From the IMG/VR virus record IMGVR_UViG_3300020578_000049: a stretch of DNA of 64,000 bases. One strand, given 5' to 3'. Below the pieces are notes generated by a model. That model made no database searches and was not told the origin of the DNA. It was given only the letters and a program-made list of their open reading frames with translations. The position numbers and the translations under genes are program-made. This DNA comes from an uncultured virus (IMG/VR IMGVR_UViG_3300020578_000049). Its lineage: Duplodnaviria; Heunggongvirae; Uroviricota; Caudoviricetes. This document shows, piece by piece, positions 30,097-40,825 of the stretch (within the stretch, counting starts at the first letter, position 1; each line of letters begins with the position of its first letter).

Positions 30097-30112
30097 TAAA
30101 TATTTATAAAAA

Positions 30113-31702
30113 ATGAATAAAAAATTAATTTCAGAAGAAATCCTAAGAATCCGTGAAATGATGGGTTTTAGTAGTTATAACAAAAGATTTCTGACAGAAG
30201 GTGTAGGAAAGTTGTTAGCAGATGAGTCAATGCCTGGTGGTATTGTGGATGATTTGGCATCAATGGGTAAAACAGTTGATGATATATTTTCATACTCAAC
30301 AAAACTTGCAAATGACTTCCCAACAAAAACATTTGATTCAATTATTGATAGAGTTGCAAAAGAAAACACTATTGATAGTGCTTCTGTTACCAATGAAATG
30401 ATGAGAAAATTCATAGCAACACAACCAGGGCTTATGGATGAAATTATGACTGTTGCAGCAAAAATTGCAGATGAAAGTACAACATTAAAAATTAGTGACG
30501 TTTCTTTTCAAGATGTTTTTACAAAAGCAGGTTTAGAAGAATTTCCAGAAAATTTAAAAAATACTTTAGCAACAAAAATAACTGATATAAATAAAGATAC
30601 GACAAAAAAAATTTTAGACCAATTTGAAAAATTACTTGATGGAAATATAAAAATAAAAAATACACCAGAAGCAAAAGAATTATCAAATAAAATAAGAAAT
30701 AAAAGAGCCGAAATTCTTGATTATGAAGATTATAAAACTAAGAAAAGCTCAAATGTTGACGTTGCAAAAAATGTTACAGAAAAAGAAGATGGTTTTGGTG
30801 AAGGTGATTTCCAAGACTTCAAAAAAAATTGGACAAGAGAAGATGTTGGTGGTGTTACTGACCCAAATCAATACTCTGTAGTTAAAAATAGTGCTGAAGA
30901 AACATTCAAAAATTTACCAGAAACATTTAACCCTTCAGAAATAAAAAGGGGTAGAGTAAATTCATATAAATTTATACAAAACGACGAAAGTACAAATTTC
31001 CAAGATGTTTTAAGATCTAGAACACAGATGGAAGTTACGTTACCAAACGGTAAAAAAACATTAATGTATTCTTCATCTGGCTCAAATGTTGGAACAACAG
31101 GAAAAGAAGCTGGAGAATGGTTTTGGATTCCTGGTTTTGCAAGAAGTGGTTGGTATATAAAAACAACCGAAAGTGTTGCATACACTAAAGGTGGTAATCA
31201 ATATATGACAGACTTTGCAAAATATTTAGAAAATAATGGATATAATGGTTTATCTAAAGAAGGTACCACACCAAGTTCAGTTTCTAAAATAGCTTCAAAT
31301 GTAACACCAACATCAACAAATAGATTACAATCAATAGTTGGTGATACAAGTAAAATAAATTGGTCAGTTATTAATAATGCTAAAAATGTAGAAGATTATA
31401 ATAAATTTATTGATGACGCAATAGCAACAAATAATTATATGAAAATATCAAGAGCTGGTTTTGAAGAATATGGAATTCCTAATTTTAGAAAACATTTAAT
31501 GGATTTAGATTTAAAAGCCGGCGATAACTCAATTGCTAGACAAAATGGTTCACAAAATGAATTATATAAAATGAATAGAGAAATTTTTGATTTATATCAA
31601 GCCGAAGGTGGAACATCTGATACTTTTATGGATTGGTTAACAAAATTACCAGAAGATCAACTGGAAGATATATATAACTATATAAACTCAAAAAAACAAT
31701 AA
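30113..31702 (+). CDS. Large leader-bearing protein, paralog of 33965 with distinct C terminus
   Basis: LISEEILRIREMMG leader; ~200 aa N-terminal similarity to ORF 33965. Confidence 0.75.
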   Translation: MNKKLISEEILRIREMMGFSSYNKRFLTEGVGKLLADESMPGGIVDDLASMGKTVDDIFSYSTKLANDFPTKTFDSIIDRVAKENTIDSASVTNEMMRKFIATQPGLMDEIMTVAAKIADESTTLKISDVSFQDVFTKAGLEEFPENLKNTLATKITDINKDTTKKILDQFEKLLDGNIKIKNTPEAKELSNKIRNKRAEILDYEDYKTKKSSNVDVAKNVTEKEDGFGEGDFQDFKKNWTREDVGGVTDPNQYSVVKNSAEETFKNLPETFNPSEIKRGRVNSYKFIQNDESTNFQDVLRSRTQMEVTLPNGKKTLMYSSSGSNVGTTGKEAGEWFWIPGFARSGWYIKTTESVAYTKGGNQYMTDFAKYLENNGYNGLSKEGTTPSSVSKIASNVTPTSTNRLQSIVGDTSKINWSVINNAKNVEDYNKFIDDAIATNNYMKISRAGFEEYGIPNFRKHLMDLDLKAGDNSIARQNGSQNELYKMNREIFDLYQAEGGTSDTFMDWLTKLPEDQLEDIYNYINSKKQ

Positions 31703-31711
31703 TTTTATCAT

Positions 31712-33913
31712 ATGATGGAAAAACAAATATTATTAGAACTTAGAAGAATTCAAGAACTAATGGGTGTTAAAAAAATAATTAATGAATTTATTATAGACAC
31801 TGGAACTGGTGCAGTACCAAAAGCTAGTCCTGGTACTGGTATTTACGATGAAAAAGGAAACGAAGTTGAAGGAACTGACCCCGATGATGTTAGGTACCCA
31901 ACGTATGATTTGGGTCTTCCTCAATTTATGGAACCAACTGAAGCTGGTAGATTTATTAACGGTTTTAATTCACCACCAACTTTAATTATGGGGCCAAAGG
32001 ACGGTTCAGGCCCAAAGGTTTGGTATATTACATCATCAACAAAAATTGAAGATATCTTACCACCGGACGTAAAAAGTAAAATACAAATTGGTACTGTCAC
32101 AAATAAAGATGGTCAAGCCATTGAAAATCAAAAATATATTGAAATTGATGCTACATCCGATGAAGAAAAAACCGATAACACTACAGTAGTAAGTAATAAA
32201 AAAATCAAACTATGTTTACCAACACAAGAATGGTTTGATTCTTATGCTAACTTAGGTTTAGCCTATATGTTTGAAAATCCAAAAACAAGTAAAAAATACG
32301 CACTATTATTTGGAACTTGGGGAATAATGAGACAAACTGGACCTAAAAAAGAAGCGATGACTGGTTATGAAGCGGCTAAAGCTTGTTATGGTGCAGACAA
32401 TGGTTGGGAATTCAAAGTAACAAATGTATTAGGACCAACTGGTAAAGCTTTGGCCCCTTATCAAGAAGTTGGTGGAACAAAATTTTGGGATCCATCAGAT
32501 AAAGAAATGTTTGATACAAGGTCTGTTAATGATACATTCTGGGATAAATGGGGTATTTTCATTGAAATTGCTGTTGGTGTAGCTGTTGCTATTGTCGCAC
32601 CTTGGGTTGCTACCTTTTTAATTAGTCTAGCACCTATGGTTGGTGGTGCTTTTGCTGCAATTGTTGGTGGTTTACAGGGGGTAGCATATGGTGGAACACG
32701 ACTTCTAGTAGTACTTGTTGAAATTATAGCGGAAGGGACACTTCTGGCCCCATTAATTAAAAACCAATTAAGTCGAGGAGATGAAGTTGGTGCTGGAATC
32801 ACGGTAATATTTTGTTTTATACCTTTTTTAACAGAATTAAAACCAATTCATAATTGGTTAAAAAATGGTATTAGCGGTAGCTTTGGTAAAGCTGAAATAA
32901 AAGGTTTATTAGATGAAGTTGCAAAGGTAGATGGTGGATGGAACACAATTATGAATGTTTGGTCTGATTCACAAAGAAATTTATGGGAAGCTACCTTATC
33001 TCAACAAAATAAAGAAATATTTCAAGTTGGGATGACTGTGGTTAAAAACATAAGTGAAAAAGGAGCCGATGGTTCTAAAGACTTTGGGAAAGCTGTTGCT
33101 GATTACATGAATCAAAACGCTGACAAGGTTTTAAAAAATGCTAGACAGTTAGGATATACACCAATTGAAAAGGCAGTTGAAGATATTACAACGACTATAG
33201 TAACTATGCCTTTTTCTTTTACATCATTATTTACACAAACAGGATTAAAAGCAAGTCTAGCTAGGGGAATTATGACTTTTGCACCTGTTGCAATTGCCCT
33301 ACAACAAATAGGTAAAAAAATAAAAGAACAATTTCCAAACGAACAAGAGCAAAAACTTAAAGAAATGGAAGAAAAAGTTACAAAAGCTTTTGAAGACTTG
33401 GGAAATAATCCTGGTCAAGCTTATCAATTTGAATTGATGGCTACTTTATATCAAAAATTAGGTTGGTTAGATAAAGTTGGTGAAGTGACAAATTTAACAA
33501 TAGACAAAATTCTTGATAACCCAGAATTAAAAACGATGTACGATAATGAAGTTAAAACAACAATTGCTGAGCTTTTAAATAAAGAAGCAATAAAGCGAGC
33601 AAAAGAAGAAGAAAAAAAAGCTGCGGAATATTTATTATCAACTAGTGCCCAACAACAAATTGCAACTATTCAAACACTAATTATAATTAATCAATTACAA
33701 ACTAATATATTACCATCATTACTTGAAGGTCTTGGATATAAAAATCTTAAATTTGTTGACCCTTGTTGTGCAAGTTATTCCCAAACAGAAGACGCTCAGG
33801 AATTTATAGGAGAAAACGATGTTAAAGGTTTTATCGTATTTCCTAAAACAATGAAAGAAAATGATCCGTTTAAAATTGTTGTAAATGGTCAACAAGTTTG
33901 GCCAAAAGTCTAA
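31712..33913 (+). CDS. Large leader-bearing protein with hydrophobic helices (candidate ejection/translocation protein)
   Basis: LLELRRIQELMG leader; long Gly/Ala hydrophobic block in the middle third. Confidence 0.65.
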   Translation: MMEKQILLELRRIQELMGVKKIINEFIIDTGTGAVPKASPGTGIYDEKGNEVEGTDPDDVRYPTYDLGLPQFMEPTEAGRFINGFNSPPTLIMGPKDGSGPKVWYITSSTKIEDILPPDVKSKIQIGTVTNKDGQAIENQKYIEIDATSDEEKTDNTTVVSNKKIKLCLPTQEWFDSYANLGLAYMFENPKTSKKYALLFGTWGIMRQTGPKKEAMTGYEAAKACYGADNGWEFKVTNVLGPTGKALAPYQEVGGTKFWDPSDKEMFDTRSVNDTFWDKWGIFIEIAVGVAVAIVAPWVATFLISLAPMVGGAFAAIVGGLQGVAYGGTRLLVVLVEIIAEGTLLAPLIKNQLSRGDEVGAGITVIFCFIPFLTELKPIHNWLKNGISGSFGKAEIKGLLDEVAKVDGGWNTIMNVWSDSQRNLWEATLSQQNKEIFQVGMTVVKNISEKGADGSKDFGKAVADYMNQNADKVLKNARQLGYTPIEKAVEDITTTIVTMPFSFTSLFTQTGLKASLARGIMTFAPVAIALQQIGKKIKEQFPNEQEQKLKEMEEKVTKAFEDLGNNPGQAYQFELMATLYQKLGWLDKVGEVTNLTIDKILDNPELKTMYDNEVKTTIAELLNKEAIKRAKEEEKKAAEYLLSTSAQQQIATIQTLIIINQLQTNILPSLLEGLGYKNLKFVDPCCASYSQTEDAQEFIGENDVKGFIVFPKTMKENDPFKIVVNGQQVWPKV

Positions 33914-33964
33914 TAATTTTTTCATTTATTAGATTATTAACATATTTATTATAAAATTATAGTT

Positions 33965-35446
33965 ATGAAAGAACGTTTACTTATAGAAGAATTAGTTAGA
34001 ATCAGAGAAATGATGGGTTTTAGTGGTTATAATAAAAAATTATTATTGGAATTTGGTCGTCAATTAGCAGATGAGGCAATGCCTGGTGGTATTATGGATG
34101 ATTTGGCAGCTTTAGGAAAAACAGTTGATGATATATTTTCATACTCAACAAAACTTGCAAATGACTTCCCAACAAGAACATTTGATTCAATTGTAGAAAA
34201 AGTTGCTGACGAAAATGGTGGAATTTCACCAGGTTCTGTTACTAAAGAAATGATGCAAGAATTTTTTGCTAAATCAGGTGTCTTTGATGATTTGACAGAA
34301 GTTGCAACAAAACTTGCAGATGAAAAAGTTGGTGGTTATATGACAGATGTAAATTTTACAAACGCGTTTAACAATGCTGGTCAAGGTGGATTACCAGGTA
34401 GTGTACAAGTTGTTGTAAAACAAAAAATTACCGCTCAGAATAAAAGTACAACAGAATCAATTTTAGAACAATTCAGAAGACTTATTGAAAGTGACACAAC
34501 TTTAAAAAATTCTGACGCTGGTAAAAAAATGTTGGATACAATTAATAATAAAAAGAAAGAAATTGCAGATTTTGATGCAAATGAAGTAAGAAAATCAACA
34601 AGTACTGGTGGAGTTGGTGGAAGAGCAGGTACCGGACCAACGCAGGCGGAAATTGATGCCGCGATGGACGCATTAACAAATAGAATTAGTAATATTGATA
34701 CAACATCTGAAAGTACAATTATGAGTAGTTTGAATTCAATTTTAGACGAGCTTGAAACAAATGGTTTAATTAAATACCCAAAAGGTGTTACTAAAGAAAT
34801 GGTTGTAAAAGATTTAACAGCAGCAATTCAAAGACTTTCAAACAACGCACAAGCCGCTGAAGCGGCATTTAATAAACTGACAACAGCTGAACAAGCAGAA
34901 TGGGCACAAAAAGTAATAAAAGATTTAGAAAATGCTAGAGCTAAAGTTGAAGGTGACCCTAATAAACCTGGTTGGTTTAAAAGAACGTTTTTTAGTTGGT
35001 TAAATGAAACAGCTGAAGTTGGTAAAAAAGGAAATAAAATTGAACCAATAAAAATTGTAAAAGGATTTTTTAAAATTTATTTTTTGATAGGGGGGATTTC
35101 TTTTGCTGTTTGTGCTATTAAAAATATATGGGACTTTAAACAAGAAGGTGTTGAAGGTATTAATAGTGGAAAAGATTTTGCAGATTGTTTATTCACCATT
35201 GCAACTTGGGCTCCAGATGGGATAGTTTACCTATTAAATTTAGGTGAGGAAGTTTTAGATACCGATTATGAAAATACCCCCGAATCTTTTAGAAAATGGG
35301 CTGACACTAAAGAAGTAAAAGATAAATATAAGTATATTGATTCTGGATATGACGCAGATGGAAAAACATACTATTTTAAATTTAATGATGGTACTGTTAA
35401 AGATGTTAAATTTGACGCTGATAATCAAACTTGGGTAGTTGAATAA
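33965..35446 (+). CDS. Large leader-bearing protein with TM segment
   Basis: LIEELVRIREMMG leader; IYFLIGGISFAVCAI. Confidence 0.75.
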   Translation: MKERLLIEELVRIREMMGFSGYNKKLLLEFGRQLADEAMPGGIMDDLAALGKTVDDIFSYSTKLANDFPTRTFDSIVEKVADENGGISPGSVTKEMMQEFFAKSGVFDDLTEVATKLADEKVGGYMTDVNFTNAFNNAGQGGLPGSVQVVVKQKITAQNKSTTESILEQFRRLIESDTTLKNSDAGKKMLDTINNKKKEIADFDANEVRKSTSTGGVGGRAGTGPTQAEIDAAMDALTNRISNIDTTSESTIMSSLNSILDELETNGLIKYPKGVTKEMVVKDLTAAIQRLSNNAQAAEAAFNKLTTAEQAEWAQKVIKDLENARAKVEGDPNKPGWFKRTFFSWLNETAEVGKKGNKIEPIKIVKGFFKIYFLIGGISFAVCAIKNIWDFKQEGVEGINSGKDFADCLFTIATWAPDGIVYLLNLGEEVLDTDYENTPESFRKWADTKEVKDKYKYIDSGYDADGKTYYFKFNDGTVKDVKFDADNQTWVVE

Positions 35447-35470
35447 AATAATCAATAAAAAATGTAAAAA

Positions 35471-37891
35471 ATGATTTTAGGTAATTTTAGATATTGTATT
35501 AAATCTGGTGGGTCTTGGCGAGACGCAAAAGATAAGTCAGAATATGACACAGTAAAGGCTGCAAATTCAAATAACGCAAAAAAATATTCAAAAGAATATA
35601 ATTGTGATGGAAAAATAGCACCAAGTCCTCCAAGTCCTCCAAGTCCTCCAAGTCCTCCAAGTCCTCCAAGTCCTCCAAGTCCTCCAAGTCCTCCAAGTCC
35701 TCCAAGTCCTCCAAGTCCTCCAAGTCCAAGTACTAGTTATAGTGTTTGTCCTGGACCAACATATTCAAGAGGTTGTAAAGATAGCGGAGCGCCAAATCCG
35801 AATGGTATAATATATAAGGTACAAGGATGTATTGGAGCAAAACAAGATAGTTTATTTGGTCCAAAAACAGAAACAGCTCTTAAACTAAAAACTGGAAAAA
35901 CAACATTTACTGATGATGATTTTTCTACAATATGTAAAACAAGTGGTGGTGATAACACTGGTGGTGATAACACTAGTGGTGGACAAGGAATGAAACCAGA
36001 AGATCAAAAGAAATTTTTTGAAAAACTAGAAAGAACAGGTAGAATTTATGATGGGTATATACAATATTTATCACAAGAAACCGACATTTCAAGTAAAGAC
36101 GGAAAATCAATTTATAGTTGTTGTTATATTAAAAAATTTGAATGTTCAAGAAATCAAGAAGGAAAAATAATATCAATTGGAAATGGCGTACCAATTTCAA
36201 GTAAAAGCGACGTTAAATTTTCTGAAGATTATATTTATATTATTTTATTTCCAGATTTAATTTATGGTTATATGACAAAAAGAGGTTCTATTGCACTTAA
36301 TGGTTATAAATTAACTTGGACACCAGATGATCCTAACTCTCAAAATATTTTCTTAGAATCAAAAAGAAGAAATATTAAAGAACAAAACATTGATTTTTCT
36401 GGTCTTCTTGGTAGTAATTGGAATTTTAATGCTGGTGGTGGAAATCGAGGTTCTGGAACTAATCAACAACAAGGAAATCAATCTGGAAGTGGTAATCAAC
36501 AACAAGGAAATCAATCTGGAAGTGGTAATCAAATTCAAGGAAAAAAATATGAAATTGACTATGACAAACTATGTGCTTACGTAAACCCAAAAAGAGACGA
36601 GGCCATACAAATCATTGAAGGAATGAGGGATATGAAGATTCCAGTTTTCAATATTCCATTAGTTAACGCAGAAGGTAAGAAAGAACTACAACAGACAATT
36701 GATGAATTAAAAAAAGTAGATTGTAAAACAGTTTGTGAACCAGGGAATTTAAAAATTTTAGCAGATGGAAAAGCTATGATTTTAGATAAACAAAAAAATG
36801 ACCCAAATGCTAAATATGTTGAAAACAAGTTAGCAAGATTATTGGTTTTAATTGAAGAAATTGAAAGTGAATGTAAAAGAATAGATAGGGAAAAAAGAAA
36901 CTTTGAATCACAAAATCAAGGTGGTAGTCAAGGTTCTGGAACTCAAGGGTCTGGTAGTAGTCAAGGTACTGGTAGTAGTCAAGGATCTGGTGGTACAACT
37001 GTTGTTACTGGAAGTAGAAAAGACGAATTAAGAAAAATGTTTGGTTTTGTCGATGAAAATGGTGATATTATACCACCAAAATCAAGAATTAGTAGAATGA
37101 ATAAAATACCAGAAAAAGGTGTTGCTGGTTTTGGAAGTTTACAATATGCAATTGATAACTATAATGCAAGATCTGAATGGTTTGAAGATTATAACGAACT
37201 AATGGATACTGAAGGGTTATCACAGTTTAAATTGAAATTCCCAGAAGATTTTGAAGATGAAGATTATGCGGGAATGATAATTAATAAGGAAAACTATTCT
37301 GAATTAACCCCATTGAAAGCAGGTTCAAAAACCCAATATAAAAGATTTACTTTTGGTGACTTTTTGGAAACTAGCTCAACCTTACCAATTTTCCAGACAC
37401 AAGCGGGTACTGGTGAATATAATGTTGAAAAAACAAAATGTATTGGTAACCCAAGAGAAAAATTAATTAACTATCTTACAGCAGCATTTTCAGCGTCAAG
37501 AAAGTTTAGAGGTAGTAATGAATTAGATTATTTTGAAAGGTGTCTTGCGACCAAAAAATTACAAAATGCTTTTGACGATGAAGGTCCGCTAAGAAAAAGT
37601 GATTTTGAAGAAGTTGATACAGATAGGTTACCTTTTGGTGTTTTTAATAACAAACTTAATCTAAAAGAAATTATTAAATTGTTAAGAGGTGAAGAAGTTA
37701 ACGGTGTTAGAATTAATAATTCAAGTTTGATAGACAAAAACTTTTATAGAGAAGGTTTTGCGGTTTACGAATCAGTAAGAAAAACAGTTAAGAAAAATTT
37801 AAGTGAAGCAATTACTAAAAAGAAAAATTTAAAACTTACAGAATCTACTTTAACTAAAATTTTAACAAATATAAAAAGAAAAGGATACTAA
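35471..37891 (+). CDS. Large modular protein with (PSP)12 linker and peptidoglycan-binding-like motif
   Basis: KVQGCIGAKQDSLFGPKTETAL; G/S/Q linkers; leader-like LTE segment at C terminus. Confidence 0.7.
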   Translation: MILGNFRYCIKSGGSWRDAKDKSEYDTVKAANSNNAKKYSKEYNCDGKIAPSPPSPPSPPSPPSPPSPPSPPSPPSPPSPPSPPSPSTSYSVCPGPTYSRGCKDSGAPNPNGIIYKVQGCIGAKQDSLFGPKTETALKLKTGKTTFTDDDFSTICKTSGGDNTGGDNTSGGQGMKPEDQKKFFEKLERTGRIYDGYIQYLSQETDISSKDGKSIYSCCYIKKFECSRNQEGKIISIGNGVPISSKSDVKFSEDYIYIILFPDLIYGYMTKRGSIALNGYKLTWTPDDPNSQNIFLESKRRNIKEQNIDFSGLLGSNWNFNAGGGNRGSGTNQQQGNQSGSGNQQQGNQSGSGNQIQGKKYEIDYDKLCAYVNPKRDEAIQIIEGMRDMKIPVFNIPLVNAEGKKELQQTIDELKKVDCKTVCEPGNLKILADGKAMILDKQKNDPNAKYVENKLARLLVLIEEIESECKRIDREKRNFESQNQGGSQGSGTQGSGSSQGTGSSQGSGGTTVVTGSRKDELRKMFGFVDENGDIIPPKSRISRMNKIPEKGVAGFGSLQYAIDNYNARSEWFEDYNELMDTEGLSQFKLKFPEDFEDEDYAGMIINKENYSELTPLKAGSKTQYKRFTFGDFLETSSTLPIFQTQAGTGEYNVEKTKCIGNPREKLINYLTAAFSASRKFRGSNELDYFERCLATKKLQNAFDDEGPLRKSDFEEVDTDRLPFGVFNNKLNLKEIIKLLRGEEVNGVRINNSSLIDKNFYREGFAVYESVRKTVKKNLSEAITKKKNLKLTESTLTKILTNIKRKGY
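35621..35728 (+). repeat. 9-bp tandem repeat CCAAGTCCT x12 (last imperfect)
   Basis: Direct reading; encodes Pro-Ser-Pro. Confidence 0.95.
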
Positions 37892-38012
37892 AGATACTTG
37901 TTTGGTGTAGTTACCGAATAAGAATAAACCATCTAAAAGAAGGAGGTGTTTAAGTATCTGACAAGATAGGAACTTCGGTTCCTATTTTGTTTTTATGTTG
38001 TATTTATTTATT

Positions 38013-38762
38013 ATGGGAAGATTTATTCAAGCAAGGGTTAGTGCCTCTGTAAAAAATTTTGAAAATCAATTGATGGAAAAATATAATTTGATACCATATA
38101 CCAATAATGAAACTCCAACCGTTTTTTTTGGTTTATACCGTAAAGAAGATTATGAAGACTTTGATTTACATAGGAGCAATTCGATAATTGTTTGGTGTGG
38201 AAGTGATTCACATAAAATTGATAAATTTATAGATTTTGTACCTAAAATTAGAACTGTTAAAAATATTGCAAAGTCCAGTTTTATTTCAGAAGACTTAAAT
38301 ACGTTTAATATTGCAAATGAAATTTTACCTATAACACCAACGTTAAATATTAAAAATCAAAAACCTAGAGGTGAAAATGTATATTTTTATGGTAGTGTAG
38401 AAAATAATTTTTATGGTATTGATATTTTGAACCGAATTAAAAATAAATTACCATATAAAATATATATAACACAAAAAGACACTTACAATAAGGAAGAACT
38501 ACAAAAAATATATGAGTCGTGTTTTATTGGACTTAGGTTGACAAAACACGATGGTTTACCAAACACAGTATGTGAATTAGGTCTTATGGGTAGGAAATGT
38601 ATCTACAATGGAAACTTACCAAATGCAATACCATTTTTGGATGATGAAGATATTATTAATATAATAAATAAAGAATATGAAAATAGAATGGAAGATAATT
38701 CACAAATTGTTGATGATTTTTATCATTATCTTAATATAAACGATAATTGGCTTTATTATTAA
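38013..38762 (+). CDS. GT-B-like glycosyltransferase
   Basis: IYESCFIGLRLTKHDGLPNTVCELGLMG resembles GT-B C-terminal motif; adjacent to GT2. Confidence 0.6.
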   Translation: MGRFIQARVSASVKNFENQLMEKYNLIPYTNNETPTVFFGLYRKEDYEDFDLHRSNSIIVWCGSDSHKIDKFIDFVPKIRTVKNIAKSSFISEDLNTFNIANEILPITPTLNIKNQKPRGENVYFYGSVENNFYGIDILNRIKNKLPYKIYITQKDTYNKEELQKIYESCFIGLRLTKHDGLPNTVCELGLMGRKCIYNGNLPNAIPFLDDEDIINIINKEYENRMEDNSQIVDDFYHYLNINDNWLYY

Positions 38763-38779
38763 AAATCATAATATAAAAC

Positions 38780-40600
38780 ATGGGTAAAATAATTTTAGAA
38801 AATATTTTTGAAAACGAAAAAGAACCAATACTAACTGTTGCACTCCCGGTCTACAATAGTAAAAAAATAGCATGGGTGTGTCTTGAAAGTTTAGTAAAAC
38901 AAGAAAATATAAATTTTAATTGGGAACTTATCATATATGAAGAAGAACACGAACAATCAATATTCCCAAATGTTTTATATGATTATATAGAAGAATTAAA
39001 ATCTGTTGGATGTTCTAAAATATTATTTATAAGTGGAAAAGAAAAAGTATCTCTTGTTGAAAAATGGATTGAAATTGGAAAAAATGTTAGCCCAACATCT
39101 CAGTGTTTTATGCTCCAAGCCGCCGATTGTTATTCACCAAAATCAAGACTTAAAATAAGTTATGAAAAAATAGTAAATGAAGATTATGACTGGTATGATC
39201 AAACTAAAGGTTATTTTTATTCTTTTATAAGTGATAGAGTAATTCTATATGAATTCAAAGGATTAACAAATTTAAATATGTCCCTTAAAACGGAATATAT
39301 GAAAAATTTACCATTTTCTAAACTTAAAAGTGGTATTGATGGTTACATATATAACCATTGTGTTATTTCTTGTAAACAAGTTTCTAGAAATTTTAGAAGA
39401 TATTTTGACGATAAACTATATAATGATAGTATTGACACACAGGGACATAATAACATAAGCCATTCCAGAGAATCATATTTTGATACAAAACCAAATATTT
39501 TTACAAAAACAAATTTAAGTGTTAACGATTTAGGTTGGCCATACAATATAAAAAATTCAATAAATTCGACATCCATATATGAACTTACAATAATAATATC
39601 AACATATTTAAACACAAAATATTTAGAAGATTGTTTTAATTCAATTATAAATTCAATTGGTGAAAAGAAAGTACAAGTTTTGGTTGGTATTGATTCTTGC
39701 CTTGAATCCAAAGAACATATCGAATCACATAGTTATCCAGGTTATTTTGAATTTTTCTTTTTTGGAAAGAACAACGGACCTTATATTGTATTTAACACTT
39801 TATCAAAATTAGCAAAATCAAAAAACATTTTATTCTTTGGTTCCGATGATATTATGGATTTAAATATGGTTGAAGATTCAATTAAGGGTCTTACGACACA
39901 CGATTGTGTAAAACCATATTATACAAATTTTGTCGATGGTAAACCATATAATTCACAAACAAAAAAACACGTTGGTGAAGGTGTGTTCGCAATTAGAAAA
40001 GACATATTTGATTATATGAACGGGTTTGAACCCTGGATGTGTGCCGCAGATTCTGATTTTATGGGTAGATTATATGGAACAAAACAATATAAATTTAAGT
40101 TCACAAATAAAATTAATTTTTATAGAAGAATACATAAAAATGGTTTAACAAGTAGACCAGATACCGGAATGGGTTCAAAATTAAGAGCACATTATGGAAA
40201 ATTAGCAAGACAACGAAATTCTGTCGGACCAATAATTAAAATGGTCACAGAACCATATATTATGCTTAACACACAAACAGTAACAACATTAAGAAAAGAC
40301 ATTACAAGTCCAAACATACCAAAGGTTGAAAAAAACATATCACCTTTAAGTTTATTACAGAATAAATCTGTTGAACCACAACCTTTTAGGAATTATATAA
40401 TAGAAGAAGTTAAACACAAACCAAAATCACAAATAAAAGAAAGACCACCAATTAGTCAAGTAAAACAAAACCACAAACCAGAAAAACAATTAGACAAAAA
40501 TTCATTAGCGAATAAATCAAAGAGTGTTTCAGTAAATAAAAAACCACAAATTTCAGAAACCAAAGATTTTAATATTGGTAAAGATTCATTAAGAGTTTGA
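38780..40600 (+). CDS. Tandem GT2 (GT-A) glycosyltransferase
   Basis: LTVALPVYN...AADC and LTIIISTY...GSDD...AADSDF. Confidence 0.8.
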   Translation: MGKIILENIFENEKEPILTVALPVYNSKKIAWVCLESLVKQENINFNWELIIYEEEHEQSIFPNVLYDYIEELKSVGCSKILFISGKEKVSLVEKWIEIGKNVSPTSQCFMLQAADCYSPKSRLKISYEKIVNEDYDWYDQTKGYFYSFISDRVILYEFKGLTNLNMSLKTEYMKNLPFSKLKSGIDGYIYNHCVISCKQVSRNFRRYFDDKLYNDSIDTQGHNNISHSRESYFDTKPNIFTKTNLSVNDLGWPYNIKNSINSTSIYELTIIISTYLNTKYLEDCFNSIINSIGEKKVQVLVGIDSCLESKEHIESHSYPGYFEFFFFGKNNGPYIVFNTLSKLAKSKNILFFGSDDIMDLNMVEDSIKGLTTHDCVKPYYTNFVDGKPYNSQTKKHVGEGVFAIRKDIFDYMNGFEPWMCAADSDFMGRLYGTKQYKFKFTNKINFYRRIHKNGLTSRPDTGMGSKLRAHYGKLARQRNSVGPIIKMVTEPYIMLNTQTVTTLRKDITSPNIPKVEKNISPLSLLQNKSVEPQPFRNYIIEEVKHKPKSQIKERPPISQVKQNHKPEKQLDKNSLANKSKSVSVNKKPQISETKDFNIGKDSLRV

Positions 40601-40640
40601 TTTATTATGTTTTAATTTTTATGTTTTATAGAAAAATCAT

Positions 40641-40820
40641 ATGTACGTAATTGTAAAACACATCAAATTAGACGAAAACAAAAAAAGAGTTCCAGTTATA
40701 CTACTTAACAGCGAAAGTGAAATTTGGGAATTTGATACCGAAAAAGAAGCAGAAAAAATGAGAGAGATTTTTGAATTAAATTCAGATTCTGGTCATAAAT
40801 ATCAAGTTAAAAAGATTTAA
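40641..40820 (+). CDS. Small hypothetical protein (59 aa)
   Basis: Read by eye: MYVIVKHIK...YQVKKI. Confidence 0.65.
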   Translation: MYVIVKHIKLDENKKRVPVILLNSESEIWEFDTEKEAEKMREIFELNSDSGHKYQVKKI

Positions 40821-40825
40821 TATGC

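Noticed and set aside
35499..35729. (DLE)n ORF, or the 9-bp repeat as a CRISPR array
   Set aside because: Antisense reading of the PSP microsatellite; no spacers
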